From contig CAYLWZ010000004.1 of NCBI GenBank assembly GCA_964387825.1, positions 1 to 56,731 on the forward strand: 56,731 bases of DNA. Direction: 5' to 3'. This document shows, one piece after another, positions 1 through 9,193 of this stretch. The translations under genes and the position numbers were made by a program. The DNA is from an uncultured Candidatus Saccharibacteria bacterium. GTDB taxonomy: Bacteria; Patescibacteriota; Minisyncoccia; Minisyncoccales; GWA2-38-27. Positions within the stretch are counted from its first letter, which is position 1; each line of letters starts with the position of its first letter. The notes below the pieces were generated by a model. The model had not been told where the DNA came from and made no database searches. It saw only the letters and a list, made by a program, of their open reading frames with translations.

Positions 1-45
1 TCGTATGGGAGCAATCCCGTGTGGGTTCGAGCCCCACCCGCGGCA
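1..45 (+). tRNA. 3' part of a class II tRNA, most likely tRNA-Leu (5' half and anticodon outside window)
   Basis: Long variable arm GGGAGCAATCCC, T-arm GTGGG-TTCGAGC-CCCAC (21-37), acceptor strand CCGCGGC (38-44), discriminator A45; CCA not encoded. Confidence 0.8.
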
Positions 46-202
46 CAAATTTAGGGTTCGCCTGTTTTGTTAAATCTTACGAAATAAAAATCTTTTCATA
101 ATCTTTTTTGATTTTTTGTCCTTTACTAATCCCTCGAATTAGTTTATTTTATATCTAGTCAGTAGAACTACTAAAAATCATCAATCGTGAAGGAGGCGCA
201 AA

Positions 203-961
203 ATGATAAGGTATATCAAGGCTTTGCGATTACCGATTGTGGTTATGGCTAGTCTACTGGCTATAACCACATTCCGCATAAGCGTCTGGAGTGCGGACGC
301 ATATCTCGTAGCTCTTTTCATTGTTATCGCCGCTTCTGCGACGATAGCTCACAACGACTGGAGAGACAAAGAACACGACGCAAAGAAAGGGAAAACCTTT
401 GCCCTAAATCACAGCAAATCATTTGGAGCAATGGTCGTGCTTCTTTGGTTTGCAAGTTTAAGTGGCGCAGTCGGCCTCTGGATCCTTAACCCTTGGTATG
501 GAATTTTGTCGGGATTGATTGTCGTATCAGGGCTGATTTATTCAGAAACGAGACGGATCCCACTCTTGCCAGTATTGCTTGTCGCTCTGACTTCCGCTAG
601 TCCAACTCTTTATGTGAATTTAAGAAATGATAAGGTACTGGCGATATTCGTCGTTTCAGCCCTGTTGATTTTCGGACGGGAGATTCTCAAGGATTTGGAC
701 GACTGCTCGCATGATGCTGGCTATAAATGGACACTGCCGCTTGCTTTCGGAAGACATGCAGCCAAGATTTTAGCTGGCTCAATCGTGCTGATTTTGCCTC
801 TTGTGGCGACTTGGATTTCAATAAAGACATTAGCAGGAGCACCATTTTTCCTAATGTCTGCGTCATGTTTGATTCTCAACAAGAACCACAGACCAGCTAA
901 GACCTTACTTGATATTGGTATGGTCACAGTCATTGTGGTGCTTCTCGCCAGCGGACCATAG
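203..961 (+). CDS. UbiA-family prenyltransferase, DGGGP-synthase-like, multi-TM
   Basis: Asp-rich motifs NDWRDKEHD and GREILKDLDDCSHD; hydrophobic helices; AGGAGG SD upstream. Confidence 0.8.
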   Translation: MIRYIKALRLPIVVMASLLAITTFRISVWSADAYLVALFIVIAASATIAHNDWRDKEHDAKKGKTFALNHSKSFGAMVVLLWFASLSGAVGLWILNPWYGILSGLIVVSGLIYSETRRIPLLPVLLVALTSASPTLYVNLRNDKVLAIFVVSALLIFGREILKDLDDCSHDAGYKWTLPLAFGRHAAKILAGSIVLILPLVATWISIKTLAGAPFFLMSASCLILNKNHRPAKTLLDIGMVTVIVVLLASGP

Positions 962-1000
962 GAGGCAATTGCCTAAAAAACAATGCCTCCTTCTTTTTTT
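961..1000 (+). terminator. Probable intrinsic terminator of the UbiA-like gene
   Basis: GGAGGCA(A)TTG / CAATGCCTCC stem followed by T-tract. Confidence 0.55.
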
Positions 1001-1096
1001 AAAATTTCAAAAGAATTTGCCGCCAAGGGCAGGCATTTTTTATTCTTTGCCATTAAAGAAAATCAGAGGGAAAAACAGAGACCCGATCTCTGTCAG

Positions 1097-1636
1097 TTAT
1101 CGGTCGTTATGCGTTATTTTATTCGTCATTTTTTTGGAAAATACAAAAACCAGCCAGCCGGAAAGAATGCCGACTATCGCGCCGGCCAAGATATCTGAAG
1201 GCCAGTGGATACCAACAAAAATTCTTGCCAAACAAATTAAAAAACTGCCTATTAAAAATAAAATCCCCGCTTTTTTGTTATAAAAATAAACGATGATAGA
1301 AAAAGCAAAAAAGAAAGCGGCATGTCCGGAGGGAAAAGAATTATGGATATGCCCTACATTTTCTAAAAGCAGATTGACATTATTGTTTTCCAAAAAAGGC
1401 CTTGGCCTCGGTAAAATCCAACGAATAATTTCAACAAATACCAGTCTTGCCAAAATGGCAGAAATAACCGCTTGAACAGCCATTTTCCAATATTTCCTAA
1501 ATTTCACAACTAAAAATAAAAATAAAAAAAGAACTAAAACATATCCAATATATTGGGCGCAAAATTTGCCAAAAATATCCAGCCAAAAATATCGGAAAAC
1601 CCATTGATTAATTTGATGAAATAAATATAAGTCCAT
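1097..1636 (-). CDS. PAP2-family phosphatase (BcrC/undecaprenyl-diphosphatase-like)
   Basis: RPRP, SFPSGH and RIFVGIHWPSD motifs; TM segments. Confidence 0.9.
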   Translation of the reverse strand: MDLYLFHQINQWVFRYFWLDIFGKFCAQYIGYVLVLFLFLFLVVKFRKYWKMAVQAVISAILARLVFVEIIRWILPRPRPFLENNNVNLLLENVGHIHNSFPSGHAAFFFAFSIIVYFYNKKAGILFLIGSFLICLARIFVGIHWPSDILAGAIVGILSGWLVFVFSKKMTNKITHNDR

Positions 1637-1754
1637 AAATTAAATTGTTAGATTGTTGCGATATTATATGGCGTATACTGGACAGCGTTGAATTTTGTCT
1701 ATCCCATATTTTTTACGATCGTAGAAAACATGGTATATTGCTACCCCCTTAAGT

Positions 1755-1833
1755 AAATTGTTAGCAATTTAACAATGTAACAATGAGCGAGTTCGATAGC
1801 ACTGCGGGACAAGTAGCAGTAATTTAGCAATTT
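1755..1833. repeat. Dispersed AAATTGTT...AGCGAG...ATTTAGCA heptamer-based repeat, copy 1 of 3
   Basis: Similar to 40011-40091 and 45759-45845. Confidence 0.65.
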
Positions 1834-2657
1834 ATTTTCGTCGTCAGCTTTACCAAATTTTCCAGCAGACAGGCAACGGTCATAGGGCCAACTCCGCCGG
1901 GAACCGGGGTAATATAACTTGCTTTTTTGGAAACGCTTTTAAAATTGATATCGCCAGTCAATCCTTCTTCTTTTCGAGAAACACCGGCGTCAATTACCGC
2001 CGCTCCTCTTTTTACCATATCCCCGCTAATAAGATTCGGTTTGCCTACCCCTGAGATTATAATATCCGCTTTTTTGGTAAAACAGGAAATGTTTTTTGTG
2101 AATTCATCAACCACGGAAATAGTCGCTTTTTCTTTTAAAAGCCATAAAGCCAAAGGGCGCCCAACCAACCTGCCGGCTCCCACTAAAACTACGTTTTTTC
2201 CTTTAATTGATATCTTATATCTTGCTAAAAGATATCTTATGCCTTCGGCGATAGGAAAAGAGATAGGCGAATTTCCAGTATAAAATCTCCCTATGCTTGC
2301 CCCAGACAATACATCTATATCTTTTTCTGGAGGAATAATGTCCAAAAATTTTTGAGGGTTAAAATTTTTAGGCAATGGCAATTGAATAATAATTCCTTTT
2401 ATGCCAGCTTTCTTGGTAATTTTTTTTATTTCTCTTTCTAATTTTGCCGGCTTAATTTTTGACGGAAACTTAAACAGCTGAAAAATAATTCCTATTTTTC
2501 GGCAAGCTTTTTCCTTCTCCCGGACAAAAATTTTAGAAACCGGATTTTCTCCAACCAAAACCACGGCTAACTTTAATTTCAACCGTTTTCTTTTTATTTC
2601 TCTTCTAAGGCCTTCCAAAATTTCTTCAGACAACTTTTTACCGTCTAAAATTTTCAT
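1824..2657 (-). CDS. folD: Bifunctional methylene-THF dehydrogenase/cyclohydrolase
   Basis: KILDGK start, IIIQLPLP, KDID, VPGGVGPMTV motifs. Confidence 0.93.
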   Translation of the reverse strand: MKILDGKKLSEEILEGLRREIKRKRLKLKLAVVLVGENPVSKIFVREKEKACRKIGIIFQLFKFPSKIKPAKLEREIKKITKKAGIKGIIIQLPLPKNFNPQKFLDIIPPEKDIDVLSGASIGRFYTGNSPISFPIAEGIRYLLARYKISIKGKNVVLVGAGRLVGRPLALWLLKEKATISVVDEFTKNISCFTKKADIIISGVGKPNLISGDMVKRGAAVIDAGVSRKEEGLTGDINFKSVSKKASYITPVPGGVGPMTVACLLENLVKLTTKINC

Positions 2658-2734
2658 AATAAAATTTTACAGGGGGTCGCCCCCTGTTGGTTTTTCTCTT
2701 CAAAGAACACCTCGGAGGCATCGCTGGTATTTAA

Positions 2735-2924
2735 ATGTCATATGAAATCGGCGCTTTGACAAGCGAGGTAATAACTCTTGAAAGTAAACTTCGGAGGCAG
2801 TTTAGCATGGTTCCTGCCTTTAGCAGGATAAACTGCCGAGAAATTAGACCCCAAAATCCCGCTGGGATTTTGAGGGTCGGTACTTTCAAGAGTTGTTACC
2901 GAGCGCTACGATTTCATCTGACAT
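2735..2924 (+). ncRNA. Unidentified 190-nt highly structured element (candidate ncRNA or MITE)
   Basis: Outer stem 2735-2755/2902-2924, 20-bp stem 2767-2786/2881-2900 with one U-G pair, two inner hairpins. Identity not recognised. Confidence 0.5.
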
Positions 2925-2938
2925 ATAACCTCCAATTA

Positions 2939-4183
2939 TTATTTCGGCAGAGGAAATCTTTTACTAAATTTTTCGACTTGTTTCCTAACCATTAAATACG
3001 CTTTTGGATTAGATATTACTTCTGAAATCCAAAGAGCGATTTTCTTCATTTCGTTTTCTTTCATTCCTCTAGTGGTAATAGCCGGAGTTCCCATTCTTAT
3101 TCCCGAAGGGTTAAATGGAGGATTCGGGTCAAAAGGGATAGTGTTTTTATTAACAGTAATACCTGCTTTCTCTAATCTGTTCTGGGCTTCTTTGCCGGAA
3201 ATTCTCTTATTCCGCAAATCAATTAAAATTAGATGATTATCGGTGCCGCCACTCACTAAATTAAATTTGTATTTTAAAAGTTCCGCCGCAAGCGCTTTGC
3301 TGTTTTTTATTATCTGTTTGCCATATTTTTTAAAAGCCGGTTTAATGGCCTCTTTTAAACAAACGGCGATAGCGGCAATATTATTTTCGTGAGGACCGCC
3401 TTGCAATCCGGGAAAAACAGCTTTATCAATTTTTTTAGGAAGCTCCGGATCTTTTTTTAATCCTTTTCTGGTTGCCATTACCATTCCTCCGCGAGGCCCC
3501 CTTAATGTTTTATGGGTAGTGGTTGTCACAATATGAACATAAGGAACCGGGCTAGGGTGAACTCCGGCGACAATTAAGCCGGCAATATGGGCAATATCTG
3601 CCGCGAGATAAGCTCCGACCATATCAGCGATTCTTCCCAATTTTTTCCAATCAAAAACGCGCGGATAAGCGGTAGCCCCGACCCATATAATCTTTGGCTT
3701 TACTTTTTTTGCCAATTTTTCGATATCCTCATAATTAAGGAGGTTTGTTTTTTTATCCAAATCATATTGAACCGAATGATAATACTTGGCTGAAAAATTT
3801 ACTTTCCAGCCATGAGTCAAATGTCCTCCCTGAAGAAGAGACATTCCCATTACCGTATCTCCGGGTTCGCAAAGAGCGAAATAAACTGCTTGGTTCGCCG
3901 GCGAGCCGGAATAGGGCTGGACATTAACATAAGGAACTTTGAATAACTTTTTTGCCCTTTGCCGGCAAATTTCTTCAATTTTGTCATAAAATTCCAAACC
4001 GGCGTAATACCTCTTCTTTGGATATCCCTCGGCGTATTTATCGGTTAAAACCGAACCCAAGGCCTCGCGCACCGCCGGCGAAGAGTGATTCTCTGAAGGA
4101 ATCATTTCCAAAGTGGTCTTCTGCCTTTCTCTTTCTTGAGCAATAAGTTTTCTAATTTGAGGATCAGTTTTTTTAAGTTTCAT
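2939..4183 (-). CDS. glyA: Serine hydroxymethyltransferase
   Basis: EMIPSEN, KYAEGYP, NVQPYSGS, TTTTHKTLRGPRGG, FPGLQGGP. Start set at ATG 4183. Confidence 0.97.
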   Translation of the reverse strand: MKLKKTDPQIRKLIAQERERQKTTLEMIPSENHSSPAVREALGSVLTDKYAEGYPKKRYYAGLEFYDKIEEICRQRAKKLFKVPYVNVQPYSGSPANQAVYFALCEPGDTVMGMSLLQGGHLTHGWKVNFSAKYYHSVQYDLDKKTNLLNYEDIEKLAKKVKPKIIWVGATAYPRVFDWKKLGRIADMVGAYLAADIAHIAGLIVAGVHPSPVPYVHIVTTTTHKTLRGPRGGMVMATRKGLKKDPELPKKIDKAVFPGLQGGPHENNIAAIAVCLKEAIKPAFKKYGKQIIKNSKALAAELLKYKFNLVSGGTDNHLILIDLRNKRISGKEAQNRLEKAGITVNKNTIPFDPNPPFNPSGIRMGTPAITTRGMKENEMKKIALWISEVISNPKAYLMVRKQVEKFSKRFPLPK

Positions 4184-4256
4184 AATTAAATTATTTTGAA
4201 TCACGAAATGTATTGCTAATTTAGGATTGACTTTATATTTCAAAAAAAATTATTTA

Positions 4257-5636
4257 TTACTTTCCTTTTCTGACGATTTTCGGTTTTTTGCCGCTAAAAT
4301 CAATCACCGTTGAAGGAAAGCTCCGCGGTAAGTTTCCTGCGTCTAAAATTAAATCCGGCCTAATTTCCTGTTTTTCAAATTGTTCCAAAATTTCTTTGAT
4401 TTTTACCGAAGAAACCCTCCCGGAAATATTGGCAGAAGTAGCGGTCACCGGCTTGTTTATCTTCTTAATTATTCGGGCAATCAACTCATAATCGGGAATC
4501 CTCAAGCCAACCGTCTTTTTTCCGCCGGTTAATAGTTTTGACAAGCCGGATTTCTCTTTCTTTCTTAAAGCCACTGTTATTTTCCCGGGCCAAACTTCCT
4601 CTAAAAACCTTTCCATATTTTTATCCACATTAGCCACCTTTTTCGCCATTTCCATATCTTTTACAAAAATAGATATTGCTTTTTCTTTGTCTCTTTCTTT
4701 TATCTTAAAAACTTTCTCCACCGCCTTATCGTTAGTGGCATCCGCTAAAAGACCGTAAACAGTGTCTGTGGGGCAAACTACAACCTGTCCCCTTTCTAAA
4801 AACTTTACCGCCTCTTCCGCCGCGTCTCTCGCCCTGAAAGAAATAATTTTAAAATATCTTTCTTTCCAAAAAAGTTTTTTAAACTTCTGAAAAGATTTTA
4901 AAAAATAAGAAACTTTTATCACATCCGCAGGATTGCCAAAATCCAACCAATAATCTTTTATAATCTTAACTTTAACTTTCTTCTCTTTGGCTAAGAGATT
5001 TACAACATCGGTAATTTCATATTCGCCCCGGGGAGATTTAGAAATTTTTCCAAGTTTTTTAAACACTTCTGGAGTAAACTTATACAAGCCGGCGTTAATC
5101 AAATTTCCCAGAAAAATTTTCGGCTTTTCAACAATTTTTTTCAAAAATTCTTTATCAATCGCAAGAACGCCGTATTTTTCGGGATTTTTATCATAAACAG
5201 CGGACAGATAATTATATTTTCCATTGGCGTTCATCATCGCTTTCAGGTCTCTCGCCGAATAAAGATTGTCCCCGCAAAGATAAACAAACTGGCTTTTTTT
5301 AACAATATTTTCCAGGCACATTAAGGGACAAGCAGTGCCGTATATTTTATTTTTAGGCCCTAAAACATCATACTGGCTGACCATTCTAATTTTATACTGG
5401 CTTTTTCTCAAACTTTTAAGCGGTGGTTTGTATTTCGCCAAAAAATCTCTTATTAGCTCTTCTCTATATCCGACAACCAAAATTAAATCTCTATAGCCGG
5501 CCGAAAAAAGATTATCTAAAAGATAAGCCAAAAAGGGCCTTTTTTTAACATTAATAAGATGTTTTGATTTACCTTTTGTAAGATGAAGCATCCGCGTCCC
5601 CTGACCCGCGGCCGCTATAACCACTTTTTTAATCAT
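4257..5636 (-). CDS. Fusion: sugar-phosphate nucleotidyltransferase (N-term) + Sua5/YrdC threonylcarbamoyl-AMP synthase (C-term)
   Basis: AAAGQGTRM...K and SPRGEYEITD in N-half; CPTDTVYGL, KIKER, TSANISG, PSTVID in C-half; single open frame. Confidence 0.85.
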   Translation of the reverse strand: MIKKVVIAAAGQGTRMLHLTKGKSKHLINVKKRPFLAYLLDNLFSAGYRDLILVVGYREELIRDFLAKYKPPLKSLRKSQYKIRMVSQYDVLGPKNKIYGTACPLMCLENIVKKSQFVYLCGDNLYSARDLKAMMNANGKYNYLSAVYDKNPEKYGVLAIDKEFLKKIVEKPKIFLGNLINAGLYKFTPEVFKKLGKISKSPRGEYEITDVVNLLAKEKKVKVKIIKDYWLDFGNPADVIKVSYFLKSFQKFKKLFWKERYFKIISFRARDAAEEAVKFLERGQVVVCPTDTVYGLLADATNDKAVEKVFKIKERDKEKAISIFVKDMEMAKKVANVDKNMERFLEEVWPGKITVALRKKEKSGLSKLLTGGKKTVGLRIPDYELIARIIKKINKPVTATSANISGRVSSVKIKEILEQFEKQEIRPDLILDAGNLPRSFPSTVIDFSGKKPKIVRKGK

Positions 5637-5673
5637 AATATACTCGACACCAAAATGTATTGATGTCGTGGTT

Positions 5674-8178
5674 TTAAACAACGAAATTAATTAATCTTCC
5701 GGGAACAAATATCGTTCTTTTGATTTTTTTGCCATCTGTCCATTTTTTGATTTTTTCCAAGGACAAACCAATCTTTTCCGCCTCCTCTTTAGCGATATCA
5801 GTCCTTGTCTCTATTTTATCACGAATCCTGCCATTAATTTGAACTATTAAAATTATTGTTTCTCTCTCAATTAATTTTTGCTCATATTTCGGCCATTTTG
5901 CTTTAGAGCATATACTTTTAAAACCGGCTCTTATCCATACTTCCTCTGAAAAATGAGGAGCAAACGGTGATAAAATTTTCAGAAAGTTTTTAAAATCTTC
6001 TTTTTTCAAACTATCTTCATTCCTCGCCCAGTCATTTGAAAATTCCATCAAAGAACTTACAGCCGTATTAAATTTCAAGGAGTCAATATTCTCTGAAACT
6101 TTTTTTATTGTTTTTTGAAGAATCCTTTTCAGGTCTTGAGATTCCTTCTTTTTTTCTTCTCCAAGGGATTCTCGGCAATGAATTCTATTTTTTTGAAAAA
6201 CGATTGTCTTGTCGGCTAATTTCCAAACTTTTTCTAAAAATTTCTTTGCTCCTTTCAAGCCCTTGGTGTTCCAGGGAATTGCTTGTTTGAAAGGACCTAA
6301 AAACATTTCGTAAAGCCGCAAAATATCTGCTCCGTATTCTCTTACAATTTCATCGGGATTAATAATATTGCCTTTTGATTTTGACATTTTGATTCCGCCT
6401 TCGCCAAGAATCACGCCATGGCTGGTTCGTTTCCGGTACGGTTCCGGTCCAACTAATTTTGGGACAACGCCGATATCCCATAAAAATTTATAAATAAAAC
6501 GGGAATACAATAAATGCAAAGTGGTATGCTCCATTCCGCCGTTATACCAGTCAACCGGCATCCAGTATTTAAGCAATTCTGGGCTGGCTAACTTTTTATC
6601 ATTTTGAGGGTCGCAATAACGAAGATAATACCAATTGGAACCTGCCCAATTAGGCATCACGTCTGTTTCTCTCTTGGCCGGCCCCCCGCATTTGGGACAC
6701 TTGACATTCACCCAATTTTCAACTTTGGTTAAAGGCGATTCTCCCTCTTCAGTAGGTTTATATTCTTTAACCTTAGGCAACTTAATCGGCAAGTCCTTTT
6801 CCGGAACCGGAACCCAGCCGCATTTTTTACATTTAACCATTGGAATCGGTTCCCCCCAATATCTCTGCCGGGAAAAAACCCAATCTCTCAATTTATAATA
6901 AACCCCTCTCTTGGCAAGGCCTCTTTTAGAAAGCCTTTCGGTTATTTTTTCCCTTGCTCTTTCTGATTTTATTCCAGTGAATCTGCCAGAATTAATTAAA
7001 ATCCCTTCCCCCTCGTAGGCCTGACTAACACCCGCTTTCCCTTCAATTAACTGAGAACTGTTCTCCGTTGCTGTCTCTGTAGTTTCTGTTGGCTTTATGA
7101 CTTTGATAACCGCTAAATTGTATCTCTTGGCAAAATCAAAATCCCGCTGGTCATGGGCAGGCACCGCCATTATCGCCCCGGTTCCATAATGCATTAAGAC
7201 ATAATCCGCTATAAAAATAGGGATTTCCCTTCCATTGACCGGATTTATTGCTTTAATTCCTTTTAGTTCCACTCCTGTTTTTTCTTTGTCTTCCGAAATT
7301 CTCTCTCTTTCCACTTTTTTCTTTGATTTCTCAATATATTCCTCAATAAATTTATAGTTCACTATTTGATTTTTAATTTTTTCAATTAAAGGATGTTCCG
7401 GCGCCATTACCAGATAAGAGCAACCGAACAAAGTATCCGGCCTAGTGGTAAAAACAGGAATTTTGTTTTCTCCCGCCTTAAATTCTATCTCTATCCCTTC
7501 GCTCTTCCCTATCCACTCCTTCTGGGATATTTTAACTCGCCTTGGATAATCAACATAAGACAAATCATCAATCAATCTTTCGGCATATTTAGTAATTTTT
7601 AACATCCATTGCTCTTTTTCTTTTTTCGTCACCTCGGCTCCGCAACGCTCGCATTTTCCATCTACCACCTCTTCATTAGCCAAACCAATTTTACAGGACG
7701 GACACCAATTAATGGGCATTTTTGACTTATAGGCCAAGCCTTTCTTAAAAAGCTGTAAAAATATCCATTGAGTCCATTTATAATAATCAGGGTCTGTAGT
7801 ATTAATTTCCCTGCTCCAATCAAAAGAAAGCCCCAGATTTTTCTGCTGACGCTTAAAATTAACCGTGTTTTTTTTAGTCACTATCGCCGGATGAATTCCC
7901 GTTTTGACGGCATAGTTTTCCGTAGGCAAACCGAAAGCGTCCCAGCCCATAGGAAATAAAACATTAAATCCTTCCATTCTTTTTTTTCGCGCCACTATGT
8001 CCAGTCCAATATAGCTCCGACAGTGACCGATATGAAGTCCTTTTCCCGAGGGATAGGGAAATTCAACCATAAGGTAAAATTTCCTTTTCTTTGACCGGTC
8101 TTTCGCCTCAAAAAGCTTTTTTTCTCCCCAAATCCTCTGCCATTTTTTTTCTATTCCTTTTGGATTATATCTTCTCAT
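5674..8178 (-). CDS. leuS: Leucine--tRNA ligase
   Basis: FPYPSG-LHIGH, FTTRPDT, SRQRYWGEPIP, KMSKS. Confidence 0.97.
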   Translation of the reverse strand: MRRYNPKGIEKKWQRIWGEKKLFEAKDRSKKRKFYLMVEFPYPSGKGLHIGHCRSYIGLDIVARKKRMEGFNVLFPMGWDAFGLPTENYAVKTGIHPAIVTKKNTVNFKRQQKNLGLSFDWSREINTTDPDYYKWTQWIFLQLFKKGLAYKSKMPINWCPSCKIGLANEEVVDGKCERCGAEVTKKEKEQWMLKITKYAERLIDDLSYVDYPRRVKISQKEWIGKSEGIEIEFKAGENKIPVFTTRPDTLFGCSYLVMAPEHPLIEKIKNQIVNYKFIEEYIEKSKKKVERERISEDKEKTGVELKGIKAINPVNGREIPIFIADYVLMHYGTGAIMAVPAHDQRDFDFAKRYNLAVIKVIKPTETTETATENSSQLIEGKAGVSQAYEGEGILINSGRFTGIKSERAREKITERLSKRGLAKRGVYYKLRDWVFSRQRYWGEPIPMVKCKKCGWVPVPEKDLPIKLPKVKEYKPTEEGESPLTKVENWVNVKCPKCGGPAKRETDVMPNWAGSNWYYLRYCDPQNDKKLASPELLKYWMPVDWYNGGMEHTTLHLLYSRFIYKFLWDIGVVPKLVGPEPYRKRTSHGVILGEGGIKMSKSKGNIINPDEIVREYGADILRLYEMFLGPFKQAIPWNTKGLKGAKKFLEKVWKLADKTIVFQKNRIHCRESLGEEKKKESQDLKRILQKTIKKVSENIDSLKFNTAVSSLMEFSNDWARNEDSLKKEDFKNFLKILSPFAPHFSEEVWIRAGFKSICSKAKWPKYEQKLIERETIILIVQINGRIRDKIETRTDIAKEEAEKIGLSLEKIKKWTDGKKIKRTIFVPGRLINFVV

Positions 8179-8267
8179 TTTTTTATCTATTTATTAGACA
8201 ATATAACATAATAAATTTATTTTAAAAAGTTCCCAAGCAAAAAAAGGAGTTGAGCTCCTCCTTTTGC

Positions 8268-8305
8268 TTACTCTAATAATGTCCGATCGGACATTATTAG
8301 AGTAA
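8268..8305. repeat. Perfect 38-bp palindrome, TCTAATAATGTCCGATCGGACATTATTAGA family, copy 1 of 4
   Basis: TTACTCTAATAATGTCCGA|TCGGACATTATTAGAGTAA. Confidence 0.95.
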
Positions 8306-8320
8306 TATAAACGTTTGGTT

Positions 8321-9193
8321 TCAAATTTTAAATAATTTCTTCGCGTTTTGGGTAGTAGTTCTTGCTACCTCATCGTAGTCTATTTTTTTTATTTTAGCGA
8401 TATCTCGGACAATATATTTTACAAAAAGGGGTTCGTTACGCTCCTTTCCAGCCTGAGGCGGCGTCAGATAAGGAGAATCTGTTTCAATTAAAATCTTCTC
8501 AATCGGCGTTTTCTCAATGATTTTTTTTAGGTCCAACTTGTAAATTATCCCGTTGAAGCCCAGATAAAACCCCATATTTAAGTATTCTTTCGCTTGTTTC
8601 CATTTGCCGGTAAAACAATGAATTACTCCTTTTATTTTTTCAAATTCTTTTAATACTTCTATCAAATCGTCATGGGCTTTTCGGCAATGAAAAATTACCG
8701 GCAAATCCAATTCACTTGCTAATTTAAGTTGCTCTAAAAGCAATTCTTTTTGTTTTTTCTTAAACAATTCTAATTTCCCTTTTGCCTTTGGCTTATAATA
8801 ATAATCCAAACCAATTTCTCCAATCGCCACTACTTTTGACGATGATTGAGCCAAACTTTTATATTTTGAAGCGTGGAAATCCTCGCCTTCCGCCGTAAAA
8901 CCGCCTTCCTCCGGATCCGCTTTAATTTTAATCAATCCTGTCGCCAAATGAATGGGGTGAAGCCCGATTGCCGCGAAAACTCCTTTTTTATATTTTTCGG
9001 CAATTTCTACCGCTCTTTTGCTTGTTTCATATTTCGTGCCAACATTTATAAGCCAAAGATTTTCCGCCAGACATTGTTTGATAATCTCGCCTAAGTCAGA
9101 TTCAAACGCCTTAAAATTAAGATGGGCGTGGGTATCAACGCATTCAACTTTGCTCAGGGTTGACATTGAAATTGTCGAAGTGTCAATTAACAT
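8321..9193 (-). CDS. tatD: TatD-family DNase with N-terminal in-frame insertion
   Basis: DTHAHL, GLHP, GEIGLDY, FHCR, VIHCF, ETDSPYL; start overlaps metG stop. Confidence 0.92.
   Translation of the reverse strand: MLIDTSTISMSTLSKVECVDTHAHLNFKAFESDLGEIIKQCLAENLWLINVGTKYETSKRAVEIAEKYKKGVFAAIGLHPIHLATGLIKIKADPEEGGFTAEGEDFHASKYKSLAQSSSKVVAIGEIGLDYYYKPKAKGKLELFKKKQKELLLEQLKLASELDLPVIFHCRKAHDDLIEVLKEFEKIKGVIHCFTGKWKQAKEYLNMGFYLGFNGIIYKLDLKKIIEKTPIEKILIETDSPYLTPPQAGKERNEPLFVKYIVRDIAKIKKIDYDEVARTTTQNAKKLFKI

Noticed and set aside
2735-2924. ZTP or THF riboswitch controlling folD
   Set aside because: Conserved aptamer motifs were not found, and the wobble pair favours the strand opposite to folD.
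7020-7095. Insert-like segment in LeuS (TETTETATENSSQLIEGKAGVSQ)
   Set aside because: Falls in a naturally variable region, and I could not tie it to a hairpin or repeat family.
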